Program-made: the position numbers and the translations under genes | NCBI GenBank assembly: GCA_035221665.1 | Contig: CM069149.1 | Span: forward strand, 32,054,001 to 32,118,000 | Length of the DNA: 64,000 nt | Direction of reading: 5' to 3' | DNA from: Okamejei kenojei | Taxonomy: Eukaryota | In this document: positions 52,062-64,000 of the stretch, piece by piece | How positions within the stretch are numbered: position 1 is the first letter of the stretch | How the letters are laid out: the number at the start of each line of letters is the position of its first letter | Notes under the pieces: generated by a model | Database searches by the model: none | What the model saw: the letters and a program-made list of their open reading frames with translations, nothing else | What the model was told of the DNA's origin: nothing

Positions 52062-52682
52062 ATTTTGAGTACAAGAGCAGGGAGGTTCTACTGCAGTTGT
52101 ACAGGGTCTTGGTGAGGCCACACCTGGAGTATTGCGTACAGTTTTGGTCTCCTAATCTGAGGAAAGACATTCTTGCCGTAGAGGGAGTACTGAGAAGGTT
52201 CACCAGACTGATTCCTGGGATGGCACGACTTCCACATGAAGAAAGACTGGATAGACTCGGCTTGTACTCGCTGGAATTTAGAAGATTGAGGGGTGATCTC
52301 ATAGAGACTTACAAAATTCTTAAGGGGTTGGATAGGCTAAATGCAGGAAGATTGTTCCCGATGTTGGGGAAGTCCAGGACAAGGGGTCACAGTTTAAGGA
52401 TAAGGGGGAAGTCCTTTAGGACCGAGATGAGAAAATCGTTTTTCACACAGAGAGTGGTGAATCTGTGGAATTCTCTGCCACAGAAGGTAGTTGAGGCCAG
52501 TTCGTTGGCCATATTTAAGAGGGAGTTGGATGTGGCCCTTGTGGCTGAAGGGATCAGGGGGTATGGAGAGAAGGCAGGTACAGGATACCGAGTTGGATGA
52601 TCAGCCATGATCATATTGAATGGCGGTGCAGGCTCGAAGGGCCGAATGGCCTGCTCCTGCACCTAATTTCTATGTTTCTATG
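52062..52682 (+). mobile_element. Young CR1 LINE 3' fragment with uninterrupted ORF2 C-terminus
   Basis: FEYKSREVLLQLYRVLVRPHLEYCVQFWSP...LFPM..RTRGHSLRI..FFTQRVVNLWNSLP open to 52600; tail ttctatgtttctatg. Confidence 0.93.
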
Positions 52683-53269
52683 CTTCTATTCTCACCCTGT
52701 CATTATAGAAGGCTGAGGATAGACAGGTCGATGATGGAGTGGAAAGGGATTTTTAAATGGCAAGAGCTCAGGGTGGCCAGCTTCGAATCTGCATTTGATC
52801 TTGCAAGTGTCGGGAAGGCCACATCAAGAACGGCAAATGCAATAAACGAGGTTCGAAGAGGTTGATGCAAATCTCCGCATCACCTCAAGGAGCGGATTCA
52901 GTTCCTGATGTTGGCATGATTGAAGTGTGGGAAATAGTGCTGTACCTCCTATGATTGTATGATCAAGTGCTGTGGGCCGGCTGGGAGGGATTTGATCATA
53001 ATGGAATTTCAGGGAGAAATTGCATTCTGTGCAGAAGACAGAAAGGGACCGGGTATGGAAAGATACGACGTGGTGGGATCCCATTGCAGCTGGCAGAAAT
53101 GATCATGTGGTTGATGCAGTGGCTTGTATGGAAAAAGGTGAAGAGGTGGAATGAGAGCACAAGAAACAAAGTAAGCGTGAGAGATGGCTCCATCAACCAC
53201 AATAAGCCATATTAAGGAAAGATGACATTTCAGATGTCCTGTAATGAAAGGCCTTGTTAAGAGCAGAGA

Positions 53270-53800
53270 TACATGCAGTGAAAGGAATCCCGGTGAGCCG
53301 CAGCTGTATCCCAATGGCCGGCCTGACTTGCCTCCCGCGGAACCCGTCTGGAGAGACAAGCCCAGCGAGTCGCAGCCGTATACCAATGGCAGGCCAAACT
53401 TGCCCGCTGCCGAACCGGAAACCTGCTCAGAGAAGGATTTGGGGGAGACTGCAGCGGACGCTGGGCAAATAACTCAGCAAGAAGAAACAGGGGGTCTTAC
53501 CTCCTGCGTCCTCAAGTTCAGCTGCGGGAGGCACCCCCAAGGAACAAGGAGTGAAGAGGGTCGTGCGAGGAGAGGGGCGATAGCTTCAAGAACGACCGGA
53601 ATGGAGGCGATGGCTGTAATAGGCCTTTGTGGCCAGCTGTAGCTGAGACTATATGCAAGAGGCACCCTTTTGCAGCCTCAATGGGCTGTTCTGTACTTAT
53701 CGGGGGATCGTGCTTATGTATGGTGATGGTCTTGCTGAGATGTCTGCAAAACAAGTATTTCACTGTACCTTGATACACGTGATAGTAAAGAAATCATTGA
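53270..53800 (+). mobile_element. GC-rich insert with ~72-bp internal duplication and L2-like tail
   Basis: gagccgcagctgtatcccaatggccggcc / gagtcgcagccgtataccaatggcaggcc; ends tttcactgtaccttgatacacgtga. Confidence 0.55.
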
Positions 53801-54894
53801 ACCACAGTGGAGATGGAGAAATGGTTGGCATCCTTACAAACGACAGGATGGGAAGTGGTGCAGTCAGTGGGGCTATAGTGAATTCAGTGGAAAGTCTGCC
53901 TCCTGTGATGGAAACAGGTGTACAAAATGGAGAGAAGTGCCGCAATGGGCCCAAGTGAATTTGAGAGCATTGTGGTTGTACGTAGCAAAATAATAACATT
54001 GACAAGTTTTACATGGTGTAGAAAGCAACAACAATGCAGTTTTTGTAATGGAGAAAGAGTTGGAGTGGTATCAAAGGATAGGAAGAGGGGCTGTTTCATG
54101 TAGCCAATGAAAAGACTGGCATAGCAGGGTCCCAGATGAGTATCCATGACTCCACCATTAATTAGTAGGAAGCGAGAGGAATCAAAAGAAAGATGTCCAG
54201 GGCAAGAACAAGTTTTGCCAGACAAATTAAAGTGTTGGCAGAGAGGAATTGGTTGGTTATTTGTTGCAGAAAGCAGAGGACTTGAAGAGATTCCTGATGG
54301 GGCATAGAAATGTAGAAGCACTGGAGATCCACAGTGAAGATGAGGCATTGGAAGGCAGGAGATCCATAGTTGTTAAAATGATGGCGGATATGTGCGGTGT
54401 CCTGGATGTAGGTGGGAAGAGACATGCACTTTAGGGCTGGAGAATGGTAGTCCCGAGGAAAACTGAAAAGATCAGGATTGCTTACTTTGTATTTGGATAC
54501 AGCAGATGATTTATAAGGCCTATAAAATTGAATGGTCAGTTAAAGGGCATGTATATTAGCTGGGCAGCCAATAATCAAGGACATCATATAAATTAGTTGG
54601 TTCAAGTTTTAAAGAAAAGATGCTAAAACCTATTCATCAAGATGGAGGTGAAAGCATGGGACTCACTACCTAGAAAAGGATTAAAGGATTGTTTGTAGAC
54701 AAATATGCTGGAGAAACTCAGCGGGTTAGGCAGCATCTATGGAGAGAAGGAAATGGGCAACGTTTCGGGTCGAAACCCTTTCTTCAGATTGGGGGGGGGG
54801 GGGGTGGGGGGGGGGGGTGGGGGGGGGGGGGGGGGGGGTGGGGGGGGGGGGGGGGGGGGGGTGGGGGAAAGATTGTTTTCCTGGTTTCTACTTA

Positions 54895-55381
54895 AGAGCC
54901 TGTCCCACCAGCATGCAATTGCATGCGGCTAGCGCGACCTAACGTGGTCGCTTGAGCCGTGCAGCCTCACAGGGCCAGTCCCACTTCGATCGCCGGAGGC
55001 ATATGGAGTTGTGCGGCGCTGGTCCCGACATCGCGCGGGGCTCCGAAAAGCTGACTGTCCAAAATTCCACATGCCAACGGCCTGTCGGCCCGCAGCCGCA
55101 TAGAGGACGTACGCCGCGTCTCGACGGCATACGCCTAGCGCGTGGCGTTGCGTTATGACGTCACCGCCCGGCATGCCATTGCGTGATGACGTCACCGCCC
55201 GACGTGCAAATTCAGTCGGCCCGCCTCCTGCTCAGCTGCTTGGTGAGTATGAACCAGCCCCACACAACTCCATACACCTCTGCGGTTCAAATTCGGATCG
55301 GCCCTGCGAAGCCGTACCCCTCAAGCGACCATGTTTGGTCACACTAGACGCATGCAAACGCATGCTGGTGGGACAGGCCCT
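54895..55381. mobile_element. PIF/Harbinger-type MITE (487 bp)
   Basis: TTA TSD (54892-94 / 55382-84); ~130-bp imperfect TIRs AG(A/G)GCCTGTCCCACCAGCATGC; no coding capacity; CpG-rich. Confidence 0.85.
55156..55200. promoter_or_regulatory. Two CRE palindromes, each followed by a GC box (inside the MITE)
   Basis: TGACGTCA-CCGCCC at 55156-55169 and 55187-55200; motif match only, function untested. Confidence 0.35.
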
Positions 55382-55859
55382 TTACACACTGGAAATGAAG
55401 TGCCTTAATCTCCAAAACTAAAATTGGGATGCAATTAGCTTTCCTACCTCCCCTCACCCCACATACAAATAAAATGCACTAAAACAATATATTTTGTAAA
55501 TGCTATGATTCTGTGAAACTAGACATTACATAAACTTGGCAGCTCATATATATTTAAAGGCTTAAACAGTACAACATGAAAGTCATCTGCACGACTCATG
55601 CATCTCCCTAACATCACAAAGTTATCAAACCATCAGAATGAAAGGACACTTATTATTTCCCTGTAATGCAAGCCGAATTAAGTTAGAGGCATATCAGGAA
55701 CTCTCTCCACTGAGTATCAATAGCATCAAGGAAAGAAGAAATTGTGGCCAAATAAAAGCTGCCAGTTCTGGTACAGCCACTTGTACAAGATTTGCATCAT
55801 ACTGAAGTCTTCCCTGCAGATTTAACACTTTGGTTGCACCTTGCTTATGGCAATAACAG

Positions 55860-56790
55860 GACAGTTAAGCTGGAATTTAAGGTACAGCTGCACGTGATAC
55901 ACATTCCTCCATATTCATGTGCCCATCTAAAAGCTCTTAAACACCACTATGGTATCTGGCTCCATTATCATCCACAGCTAAACGTTCTAGCAATCACCAC
56001 CCCCAGTGTGAAAATACGTGACCCACATATATCCTATAAACTTTATTTCCTTATCACCTTTAAGTTTTTACCTCTAGTCTTTCACATTTGCATCCCGGGA
56101 AAGAGGTTCTGACAGTCTACCCTTTCTAGGCTCTGGGTATATAAAAGTATTTCATACACTTCTATCAGGTCTCCTCTCAACCTCTGGCGCTCCAGAGAAA
56201 ACAATCCACGTCTGTGCAACAATCCACGTCTGCTTATAGATAATCTTCTCTAGTCCAAGCAGCATTCTGGTAAATCCTCTCCAAAGCCTCCATATCCTTA
56301 CTGTAACGGGGTGACCAGAACTGTACACAATACTCCAAATACAGCCCAACCAAAATCATCTAAATTTGCATCATGACTTTGTGACTCTTGTATTGGATGC
56401 CCTGATTGATGAAAGAAAGTAGATCACATACATTCTTTACCATGATCAACTTGTAGCGCCACTTTTTAGGAAGTTATGGGCTTAAACTTTAAAATCCCTC
56501 TGAACATCAATGGTCTTTCCATTAACTGCATACATACCCTTTACATTTGACCTCCCAAAGTGCAGCACCTCACGCTGTTCTGATTAAACTCTATCTGCCA
56601 TTTTTCTGTCCATTTCTGTAGCAGAACTATCTCTTGTGGCACACGTTAACAACATTCCCTAGTCCTTAACTCCAGCAACCATGGTGTAATCTTCTAACTT
56701 ATGAACCAATCCCTCTACATTTATGTCTAAGTAATTTATATTTAAATCACAAAGAGGTCTCAATACAGAACCCCAATTGGCACAGTGATC
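55860..56790 (-). mobile_element. Degraded CR1 LINE
   Basis: GSVLRPL..ININYLD..EDYTMVAG and gggtgaccagaactgtacacaatactccaaat remnants. Confidence 0.75.
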
Positions 56791-57007
56791 CAGCCTGTGC
56801 AATCCCCAAATTTCTCTTACATTGTCCTTTCCAATTTGCTGTAACAAGTGGAAATCTCAACAATGAAGGAGAAAGGATGATGGTTCAGACAGAGAGTGCT
56901 CTGCCATAATTTGTGGTAAGGAGAGCATAAATCAAGCAAGAACTATGGCCTAACAGAATCCACAACATGAATTCAGCAGTATCAGTTATCTACAATACCA
57001 GTTGTCC

Positions 57008-57319
57008 TGCCGCAAATTGGATGAGCAGCACCTCATATTTCGCTTGGATAGTTTACATCCCAAAGGTATGAACATTGACCTCCAATTTCAGGTAGTCCTT
57101 GCTTTCTCCCTCCTTCCCCTCCCCTTCCCAGTTCTCCCACTGTCCCTGCCTCTTCCTTTCTTCTTCCCGCCCCCCCCCCCCCCCACATCAGTCTGAAGAA
57201 GGGTCTCGACCCGAAATGTCACCTATTCCTTCGCTCCATAGATGCTGCCTCACCCGCTGAGTTTCTCCAGCATTTTTGTCTACCTTCGATTTTTCCAGCA
57301 TCTGCAGTTCTTTCTTAAA
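57008..57319 (+). mobile_element. Penelope-like element 3' end with minimal hammerhead core
   Basis: RKLDEQHLIFRLDSLHPKGMNID (GIY-YIG C-terminal end); 9-bp flanking direct repeat CAGTTGTCC (56999-57007 / 57320-57328); CTGAAGA..GAAA at 57193-57216. Confidence 0.85.
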
Positions 57320-57555
57320 CAGTTGTCCATCATAATCAGGCCATTTTTTTTTTTAAACAGATCAGACCAGTTTATAAATTTAGGAATCACAAAGGCACTC
57401 CTATGAGATAGTTTAGGGTAAAGTGATGTACTTAAGGTTTAATCAAGACTAAATTGGACCAAAGTATCCGAGCAGGAAAGGACGGAATGCTTGTGGATTA
57501 ACATAAATACAAAGAAAAAATGCAGGCCATTGCAGCAGGCCAGTACTGTACTTAC

Positions 57556-57689
57556 ACATCATACCTCTGCTGTGTAACTATTTTGTTCTTATTTTTGTCG
57601 ACTGTGCTGGATGACTGGTGTAAAAAGTTGGGATTCATTTTATAAAGTTCTTGGAGCAGCTTCTGTTCATATTCTTGATGTTTCCCTGC
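57556..57689 (-). CDS. CNOT4: CNOT4 exon (exon 7 equivalent), with two alternative donors
   Basis: ttcctctacag|AGKHQEYEQKLLQELYKMNPNFLHQSSSTVDKNKNKIVTQQR(YDV); donors after 57565 (gtatga) and 57556 (gtaagt); 125 or 134 nt, phase 0/2. Confidence 0.95.
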
Positions 57690-57789
57690 CTGTAGAGGAA
57701 ATTAAATGCAAATTAAGAAGTGCAAGGACTGTAAAATAGCATAAAGCACATGCGCATTTCATACCCATGATTAAGATAATAAAGTTGAT

Positions 57790-57983
57790 NNNNNNNNNNN
57801 NNNNNNNNNNNNNNNNNNNNNNNNNNNNNNNNNNNNNNNNNNNNNNNNNNNNNNNNNNNNNNNNNNNNNNNNNNNNNNNNNNNNNNNNNNNNNNNNNNNN
57901 NNNNNNNNNNNNNNNNNNNNNNNNNNNNNNNNNNNNNNNNNNNNNNNNNNNNNNNNNNNNNNNNNNNNNNNNNNNNNNNNNNN
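57790..57983. other. Assembly gap (194 N)
   Basis: Run of N. Confidence 1.
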
Positions 57984-59869
57984 AGGAATTAATTCCCTGC
58001 CCCAGAATGGGAGGATCATATCAAGATATTAATTGGAAGAGGAATAAGCCATTTCACCTCAAAAAGTCTTCACTCAGTTTAAACTGATTTTCCAACCACA
58101 CTGCTTTCCACAGCACTCCAAAATCTTCAAGAGCTGCTAAGTCTTCATTCCATCCACTTGATACACATAATTAAACTTTTCAATTGGCATTGTTAGTGAG
58201 GCTGGAATTTAATCGCACATCACCCATTGAGCTGAAGGTGGCAGCAGTGATCCACATTCTTCAATAGCTCCAAATAGTCAGTCCGATATATAGCTCCAGA
58301 ATTTGCTGGATAAAAACCAATTAGAGTGAACGAACAAGATGAGATTTCCAAGTCAGGATGGGGCGAGACCTGATGTGCAACTTTTAGGTACTGGCATTGC
58401 CATGGACTTGCTGTGATTTCCACTCAAGTTCGTGGGGTTTGTGGTGTGGGGATACTTCCCCAGACTTTACAAACTGTACACTCTATTCCTGAAGAGTCTC
58501 ATATAGTTTGAGGTGCACTCAAGTGATGGTTACAATCCTGACAGTTGCCTTTCCCTTAATGGAAAGGTTTGAGAGTCAGGTAGTCAATCACTTTGCAGAA
58601 TACCCAACTTCCAAATTGCTTGCTTGGCAGCTCAGTTCATAATTGGGCCACTTGTAACACTAATTTATGAGGTTGTGGAATATAGCAAGAGTAAAGCAAG
58701 TGAATATCATCGATGGTGGCAACACTAATTTAGTGCTCATAGTTACAGCCTGGGATTGGTAAAAGTCTAAATATTGCCTTGGTTATTACAAATTGTGTTA
58801 TCAGAGTTTCAAATGTTAATGCAAAGCTCAGTAAACTTCTTTTCAGATCTTGTAACCAAAAATATCTCAGTAATAACAAATTAGTTAAAGACAATATGTA
58901 CTTAGTCACTGCCCTGACCAACTCATGCCATGCTGATCATATCAACCAATGACCACAATCATTTTCCTTTGTGCGTTGTATGACTAGTTTTACCTGGGCT
59001 CTTGATCTCGTCTGTGGTCAAATGCTGCTTTCACGTTAAGGACATTCGCTAATTTCTGGAACCAAGCAAGTTGGTCATTATTGAGACCAAGGATATACTG
59101 AGGTCTGGAATAAAGTGATCTTGGTGGAATTGAAATCTTGGGCGAGTCTCATTTGGTAGTACAATTAACTACAATTTCCATTACTTTGGGAATAATCATA
59201 TAAATTCATTACATTATTGATGATGGGCAATAAACACTGACCTTGCAGACATATCCACATCCCCAAAAGAATAAAGAGCATTGGCAATTAGTTGGGTTGG
59301 ATTTGTCCTAGTTTTTATGGTGCTGTTCATTAAACACCAGTAGTGTTTATCTCCTTGAGAATACACTTCCCATCCATGGTAGACGCAAAAAGCTGGAGTA
59401 ACTCAGCGGGTCAGACAGCATCTCTGGGGAAAAGGAATAGGTTTTGGGTCGAGACCCTTCTTCAGACCCTTCCCATCCATGGTATGTGGCAAACATGATG
59501 CTTCACTTGAAATAAACCAGCTCTGGAAACAATAACTGTTTATCTTGGTTTGTGCTGAACATATGCCCAAGTGACTCATCTCTTGTTCGCGTGCGTAAAG
59601 TACACATCTAGACCCAGTCGCTGCTTGAAACCATAAATGTGGCCTTCACTTTTAGTATCAGTAGTTTCTATTATTGGCACTCGTACCAAGATATAGTGAA
59701 AATCTTTGGGTTTGTGTGCTGCATGCTGTCCCAGTAAATTATACCAGACACAAGAACATCAGTCACCAAGAAGTAAAAACAGTGCTCAATGGTACAGATG
59801 AAGTGTACAAGGACTACACCAAGGTAGATTGAAAGATCGGGGAGTCATCCTTAGCATCCGGAGCATAAA

Positions 59870-60950
59870 ATTATTAGAGGCATACACAGGGCAGAGAGTG
59901 AAAATCATTTTAGTCCGGGATAGAAATGTCAAAGGCTGGAGGGCATAGCTTTAATGCGGGGGACACAAAATTTAAACAGTCGTGGGTGCCTGGGGCATGC
60001 TTTCAGGGATTTGACAAGGTGCTACACCAGAGGCGACACAAAGCCTATGGTACTAGCATGGATTGAAGATTGGCTGACCAGCAGAAGGCAAGAGTGGGAA
60101 TAAAGGTTTATTTTTTTCTGGTTAGCTGCTGGTGACTAGCAGTGATCCACAGGGGTTGGTGTTGTATTCACTACTTTTCACGTTATATGTAAATGATCTG
60201 AATGATAGCGTAGCAAATTGTACGGTTATGCACTTTGGTAGGAGGAATAAAGGCAGCTGGTGAGGCTACATTTGAAATTATTGTGAGCAGTTTTGGGAGC
60301 CATGACTGAAGAAGGAAGTGCTGGTGTTGGAAAGGGCCAGAGGATGTTTACAAGAATGATCCCAGACGTAACATGTGGAACATTTGATGGCTCTGGACAT
60401 GTACTCTCTTGATGGTTTAGAAGGATGAGGGGAATGTCACTGAAACCTACCAAATAATGAAAGGCCTAGATAGAATGGACGTGGGAAGATGTTTCCAGTA
60501 ATGGTAGAGTATAGAACTAGAGGGCAGAACCTCAGAATAAAAGGACGTACATTCAAAATGAAGATGAGGAATAATTTATTTAGCTGGAGGGTGGTATAAC
60601 TGTGGAAATCATTGCTACGGTGCCTGTGAAGGCCAAGACACTGGTATTTTTAAAGCAAAGATTGATAGGTTCTTGATGAGCAAGGGTGTCATAGTTTACA
60701 GGGATAAGGCAGGAGAACGTAGTTGAAGGGGAAAAAAGTTCAGCCATGATGGAATGGCAGGGTAGACTCAATGGCCAAATGGCCTAATTCTGCTCTCATG
60801 TCTTATGGTCGTGGAGGTAGATACTCTGTATTGAAGAGGTTTTTAGATAAGCACATGGATATGCAGGGAATCGAGGGATATGGATCGAGCGCACCATGTT
60901 CAGCACAGATAGTGTACCAAAGGACCTGTTCCTGTGCTGTACTATCTTAT
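59870..60950 (+). mobile_element. Cluster of degraded CR1 3' fragments
   Basis: gatttgacaaggtgc, cagaggatgtttacaagaatgatccc, two CR1-type tails. Confidence 0.7.
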
Positions 60951-61986
60951 GTCGAAAGAAGGTCATCCACTTGAAGTGAAAATTTACAATACAGTTTGTA
61001 AATCTGACACACATCAATCAAGGAAAATAATCAGCTAGTTCCAACATGCACTGAAGGAATTTTGATTCACATCTCAAATCAAGAAAGCATATGAATCTGC
61101 AACAGCTGACATTAATTCAAATGTTCTCAAATTTGTAAATGTACACCCCGAAAACAACAGCTAAACAAGATAATCTGAATATGCATCGCCTTGTGCTTTT
61201 AAAAAACATCTATGCACAGAAGACTGATAAAAAGAAATACAGGTGTCCACTTGAGGGCACTCTGGTCTAAATCACTTATCAGAGGATAATATAATCATAA
61301 TTTTCATGAGCAAGTATGACCTATTGCTTACACTTCACATTCAAATCTGAAAGATGGCTTTGAAAGCAATTCTAAACCAAAATTGATAAACTGCAATTTA
61401 TTATAAATTGACATCAGGGTCGTTCTTTGTTTTACCAGAATAAATCTCAATGTAAAAATTAGTTATTTAAAATCAATAAACTTATTTGTGTCTGGAGGAA
61501 ACAGTTCACTATTGACTCTAATTTTGAAAGATATATATTTAATTGATAAAGGATTATATTATTGCAGAAAGACACACTTCAAAAGAAATAAAGGATAGTG
61601 AAATTCAGATTTAACTGATTTTGCAGAGCGAGTAATCTTAGCCTTTTCTTAGATAGCTCACTGATCCTTTATGATCTACAGGACAGCATACAATTCTGAG
61701 CCTCACACTGTTCGTTTAAATGTTTTTCCTACAGTAAATTAAGATAATGACAGAGATACAATACCGTGTTTAAAATTTCAAAACAGGGATCTTGTCAGAC
61801 AAATACTTGTCCTGAAGAAATGCTCAGAATCTGACATTGTAATACTTTCTCTCTCCCGCCCGCACAGGTGCTACCTGACCTGCTGTATATATCCCCACCA
61901 TTTCAGATTGCCATCACTTCAAATTTTCTGATTTTTAGTGGACTTCATGAGAACGTCGCCCATTTTCTTAAAGATGGTGAACCTAC

Positions 61987-62112
61987 CTGCATCTCTTCTT
62001 TCGTAAAGCTGGCTGCTTCATCCCCTAGCTCATGCAAGTACATACAGTCTGGTTTAGGACATTGCATGTTCTTTAGGAAATAACTGCAATATTTTGTTGT
62101 GCCTAAAGATGC
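61987..62112 (-). CDS. CNOT4: CNOT4 exon (exon 6 equivalent), C3H1 zinc finger
   Basis: 126 nt, tctcccaag|...|gtaggt; ASLGTTKYCSYFLKNMQCPKPDCMYLHELGDEAASFTKEEMQ; phase 0/0. Confidence 0.97.
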
Positions 62113-62214
62113 CTTGGGAGAAAGAAAAATGAAGTCAGTCATTGTAGACGCGTCAACAGTTAATTATTCTTACCCAGCTGCAACTCTTACATGATTAAGA
62201 TCAATCAAGAAACT

Positions 62215-62485
62215 GCTACAGTTTAGGAATAAGGAGTAAGCCATTTAGAACGGAGACGAGGAAACACTTATTCTCACAGAGAGTTGCGAGTGTGGGAGTG
62301 GATGAAGGTTCTCTGGATGCTTTCAAGAGAGAGCTAGATAGGGCTCTTAAAGATAGTGGAGTCAGGGGATATAGGGAGAAGACAGGAACGGGGTACTGAT
62401 TGGGGATGATCAGCCATGATCACATTGAATGGCTCAATGGGCTCAAAGGGCCGAATGGCCTACTCCTGCACCTATTGTCTATTGC
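62215..62485 (+). mobile_element. CR1 3' end
   Basis: gggatatagggagaag..gatcagccatgatc..gggccgaatggcctactcctgcacctattgtctattg tail. Confidence 0.85.
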
Positions 62486-63584
62486 TAGTAAATTGTCAAC
62501 ACAGTAAAAAAGATACAGGTTTGCATTGCTGGTATTTGTTTGGTATAGGGTTAATAATAATTTGGTATAGGGATAATAATTACGCAGCTGCTTTGAGGTT
62601 CAGTGCTTGCCAAGATATGCATGTTGATTCTACGGAAGAGAGTTAATCATCATAACACTATTCCCCCATTGGGCACAGGCCAAACAAACTGACCAGTGAC
62701 TTGGCCGAAGGTAGACACAAAAAGCTGGAGTAACTCAGCATCTCTGGATTGAAGGTATGGGTGACGTTTCGGGTCGAGGCGGCCGTTTCATTTCAGCAAT
62801 AACTATATTTTTAGGAAGATGTTTTTTTTTGGGCAGAACAAGAAACTGAACCATATACAACACAGATTTGGGTTTTGATCCAAAATCTTTATTTAAACAT
62901 GCAAACACCAAATTCAAATGACTAAAAACAAATTGAAAGGATACTTCGACAGCGCAGTTCTTCCTTCACTTAAAATAAAAGCTAGTCTAACCCATAACAG
63001 CTTCTAACATCTCAAACAGATGTTAGGAGAATCAATCTTTTAACATATTAACAGTTTATACATATGATTTACATAGAATTCTAAAACTTTCAAAAGTGAA
63101 TTGGATGAATACCTGAGGTTGTAGGGCCTTGGGGAAAAGTGGCATCTATTGGCGTTCTATTCCATGATACTCTACAGAAACGTAGAGACTTATGACTAAC
63201 TTACATGGGTAAATTTTATCGACATATCAATTTACAGTGCGTTGTAAGTAATATTCTGGAAATTATTTCAATAGCCAGCAATACAACTGGCAATTTATCT
63301 GTTATGAGCACCACCGGATACTCAAATAGTGCTCACAACTCAAAGCAGACAATTGTGCTTTGGCAATGATATGGGTACATAAATCTTTATTGGAAACCAT
63401 TCTGCTCTTTACCATATGGCCTTTATCTCAGCGACTGCATGTTTGCTTATTTATTTCACAATTTGATAGTTCATTTTGTGTTGGGTTGTTTGCACTGCAG
63501 TTATACAATACCAGGACCCTTAGAGATCTGAAAACATAACATGCATTAATGTTCAAAGCAGGAGGCCATAAAGCAACTCCTTAC

Positions 63585-63686
63585 CTTAAGTGTCCTGCCA
63601 TCCACCACTACATTGTTTACACACTGTATTGCTCTTAGTGCGTCTTCAGACCGTATGTAGGTTACATAAGCACTAGCACTGGGACC
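63585..63686 (-). CDS. CNOT4: CNOT4 exon (human exon 5 equivalent), RRM C-terminal half
   Basis: 102 nt, ttcttcaag|...|gtaagg; encodes GPSASAYVTYIRSEDALRAIQCVNNVVVDGRTLK; phase 0/0. Confidence 0.97.
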
Positions 63687-64000
63687 CTTGAAGAAACACA
63701 ATTTAATTAGCAACAAGGTAAAAAAAAAATCCTGCTTTTAAACATTCACAATCACCCAAGCAGCAATAATTAGAGCACAAGATGATATAATACTAATGGA
63801 GTCAAATTGCCAGATTGTCCCTGCGCTGGCTCTTTGGCACTTGAATACAACACTAATGCAGTATTAACTGGAAGAGAACCAATAAGTCATGGAAGAATCT
63901 TGGAGAGCTCCAGAGCCAGTGTGTACAAATCTACAAAATGCAATGAATACAAATGAGCTGCAGATTTAAATATCATAATAAAGGATGGGGTCAAAGTGAA

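Larger units (their letters stand above)
51565..54425 (-). mobile_element. Degraded Penelope-like element with nested insertions
   Basis: Minus-strand GVMDTHLGPCYASLFIGY (PLE RT motif B-like) near 54110-54160 and EEQH..CLGSLQP end near 52010-52055; split by CR1 (52062-52682) and a GC-rich insert (53270-53800). Confidence 0.75.
1..64000 (-). other. CNOT4: CNOT4 gene body (partial; window is internal to the gene)
   Basis: Seven minus-strand exons splice in frame into a protein matching CNOT4 from the RRM C-terminal half to the C-terminal region; start-codon/RING exons and the terminal exon were not found in the window. Confidence 0.96.

Noticed and set aside
54791-54866. Long poly-G tract (also about 36648-36677 and 38800-38823) as G-quadruplex or Gly-rich ORFs
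   Set aside because: G-runs lie in or beside repeats and their length is unreliable in assemblies; no independent support.
57767-58087. ORFs spanning the X run
   Set aside because: Artefact of the N gap.

Overview
Eukaryotic (vertebrate) genomic DNA; the repeat content (V-SINEs, CR1, Penelope-derived tails) points to a cartilaginous fish, probably a skate or ray (inferred). The whole window lies inside one minus-strand gene, CNOT4 (CCR4-NOT subunit 4, RING E3 ligase). Seven coding exons are traceable with GT-AG boundaries and consistent phases (equivalent to human exons 5-11, numbering from recall); the first exons and the last exon lie outside the window. About 98% is intron, dense with repeats: four Tc1 copies of two families, a 657-bp internally deleted Gypsy LTR element, a Vingi/Ingi-like LINE fragment, a PIF/Harbinger MITE with two CRE/GC-box modules, Penelope-like elements with minimal hammerhead-ribozyme cores, and CR1/L2/RTE/Rex fragments and SINEs. 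There is one 194-N gap. No prokaryote-type system is present, and most supplied ORFs are repeat-derived or chance. Best leads: hammerhead motifs in the introns, a candidate alternative terminal CNOT4 exon near 21.4 kb, a 9-nt tandem splice donor, and an unidentified ~3-kb coding-like relic with an inverted duplication (47.6-50.7 kb). Repeat boundaries are approximate unless a TSD is given.
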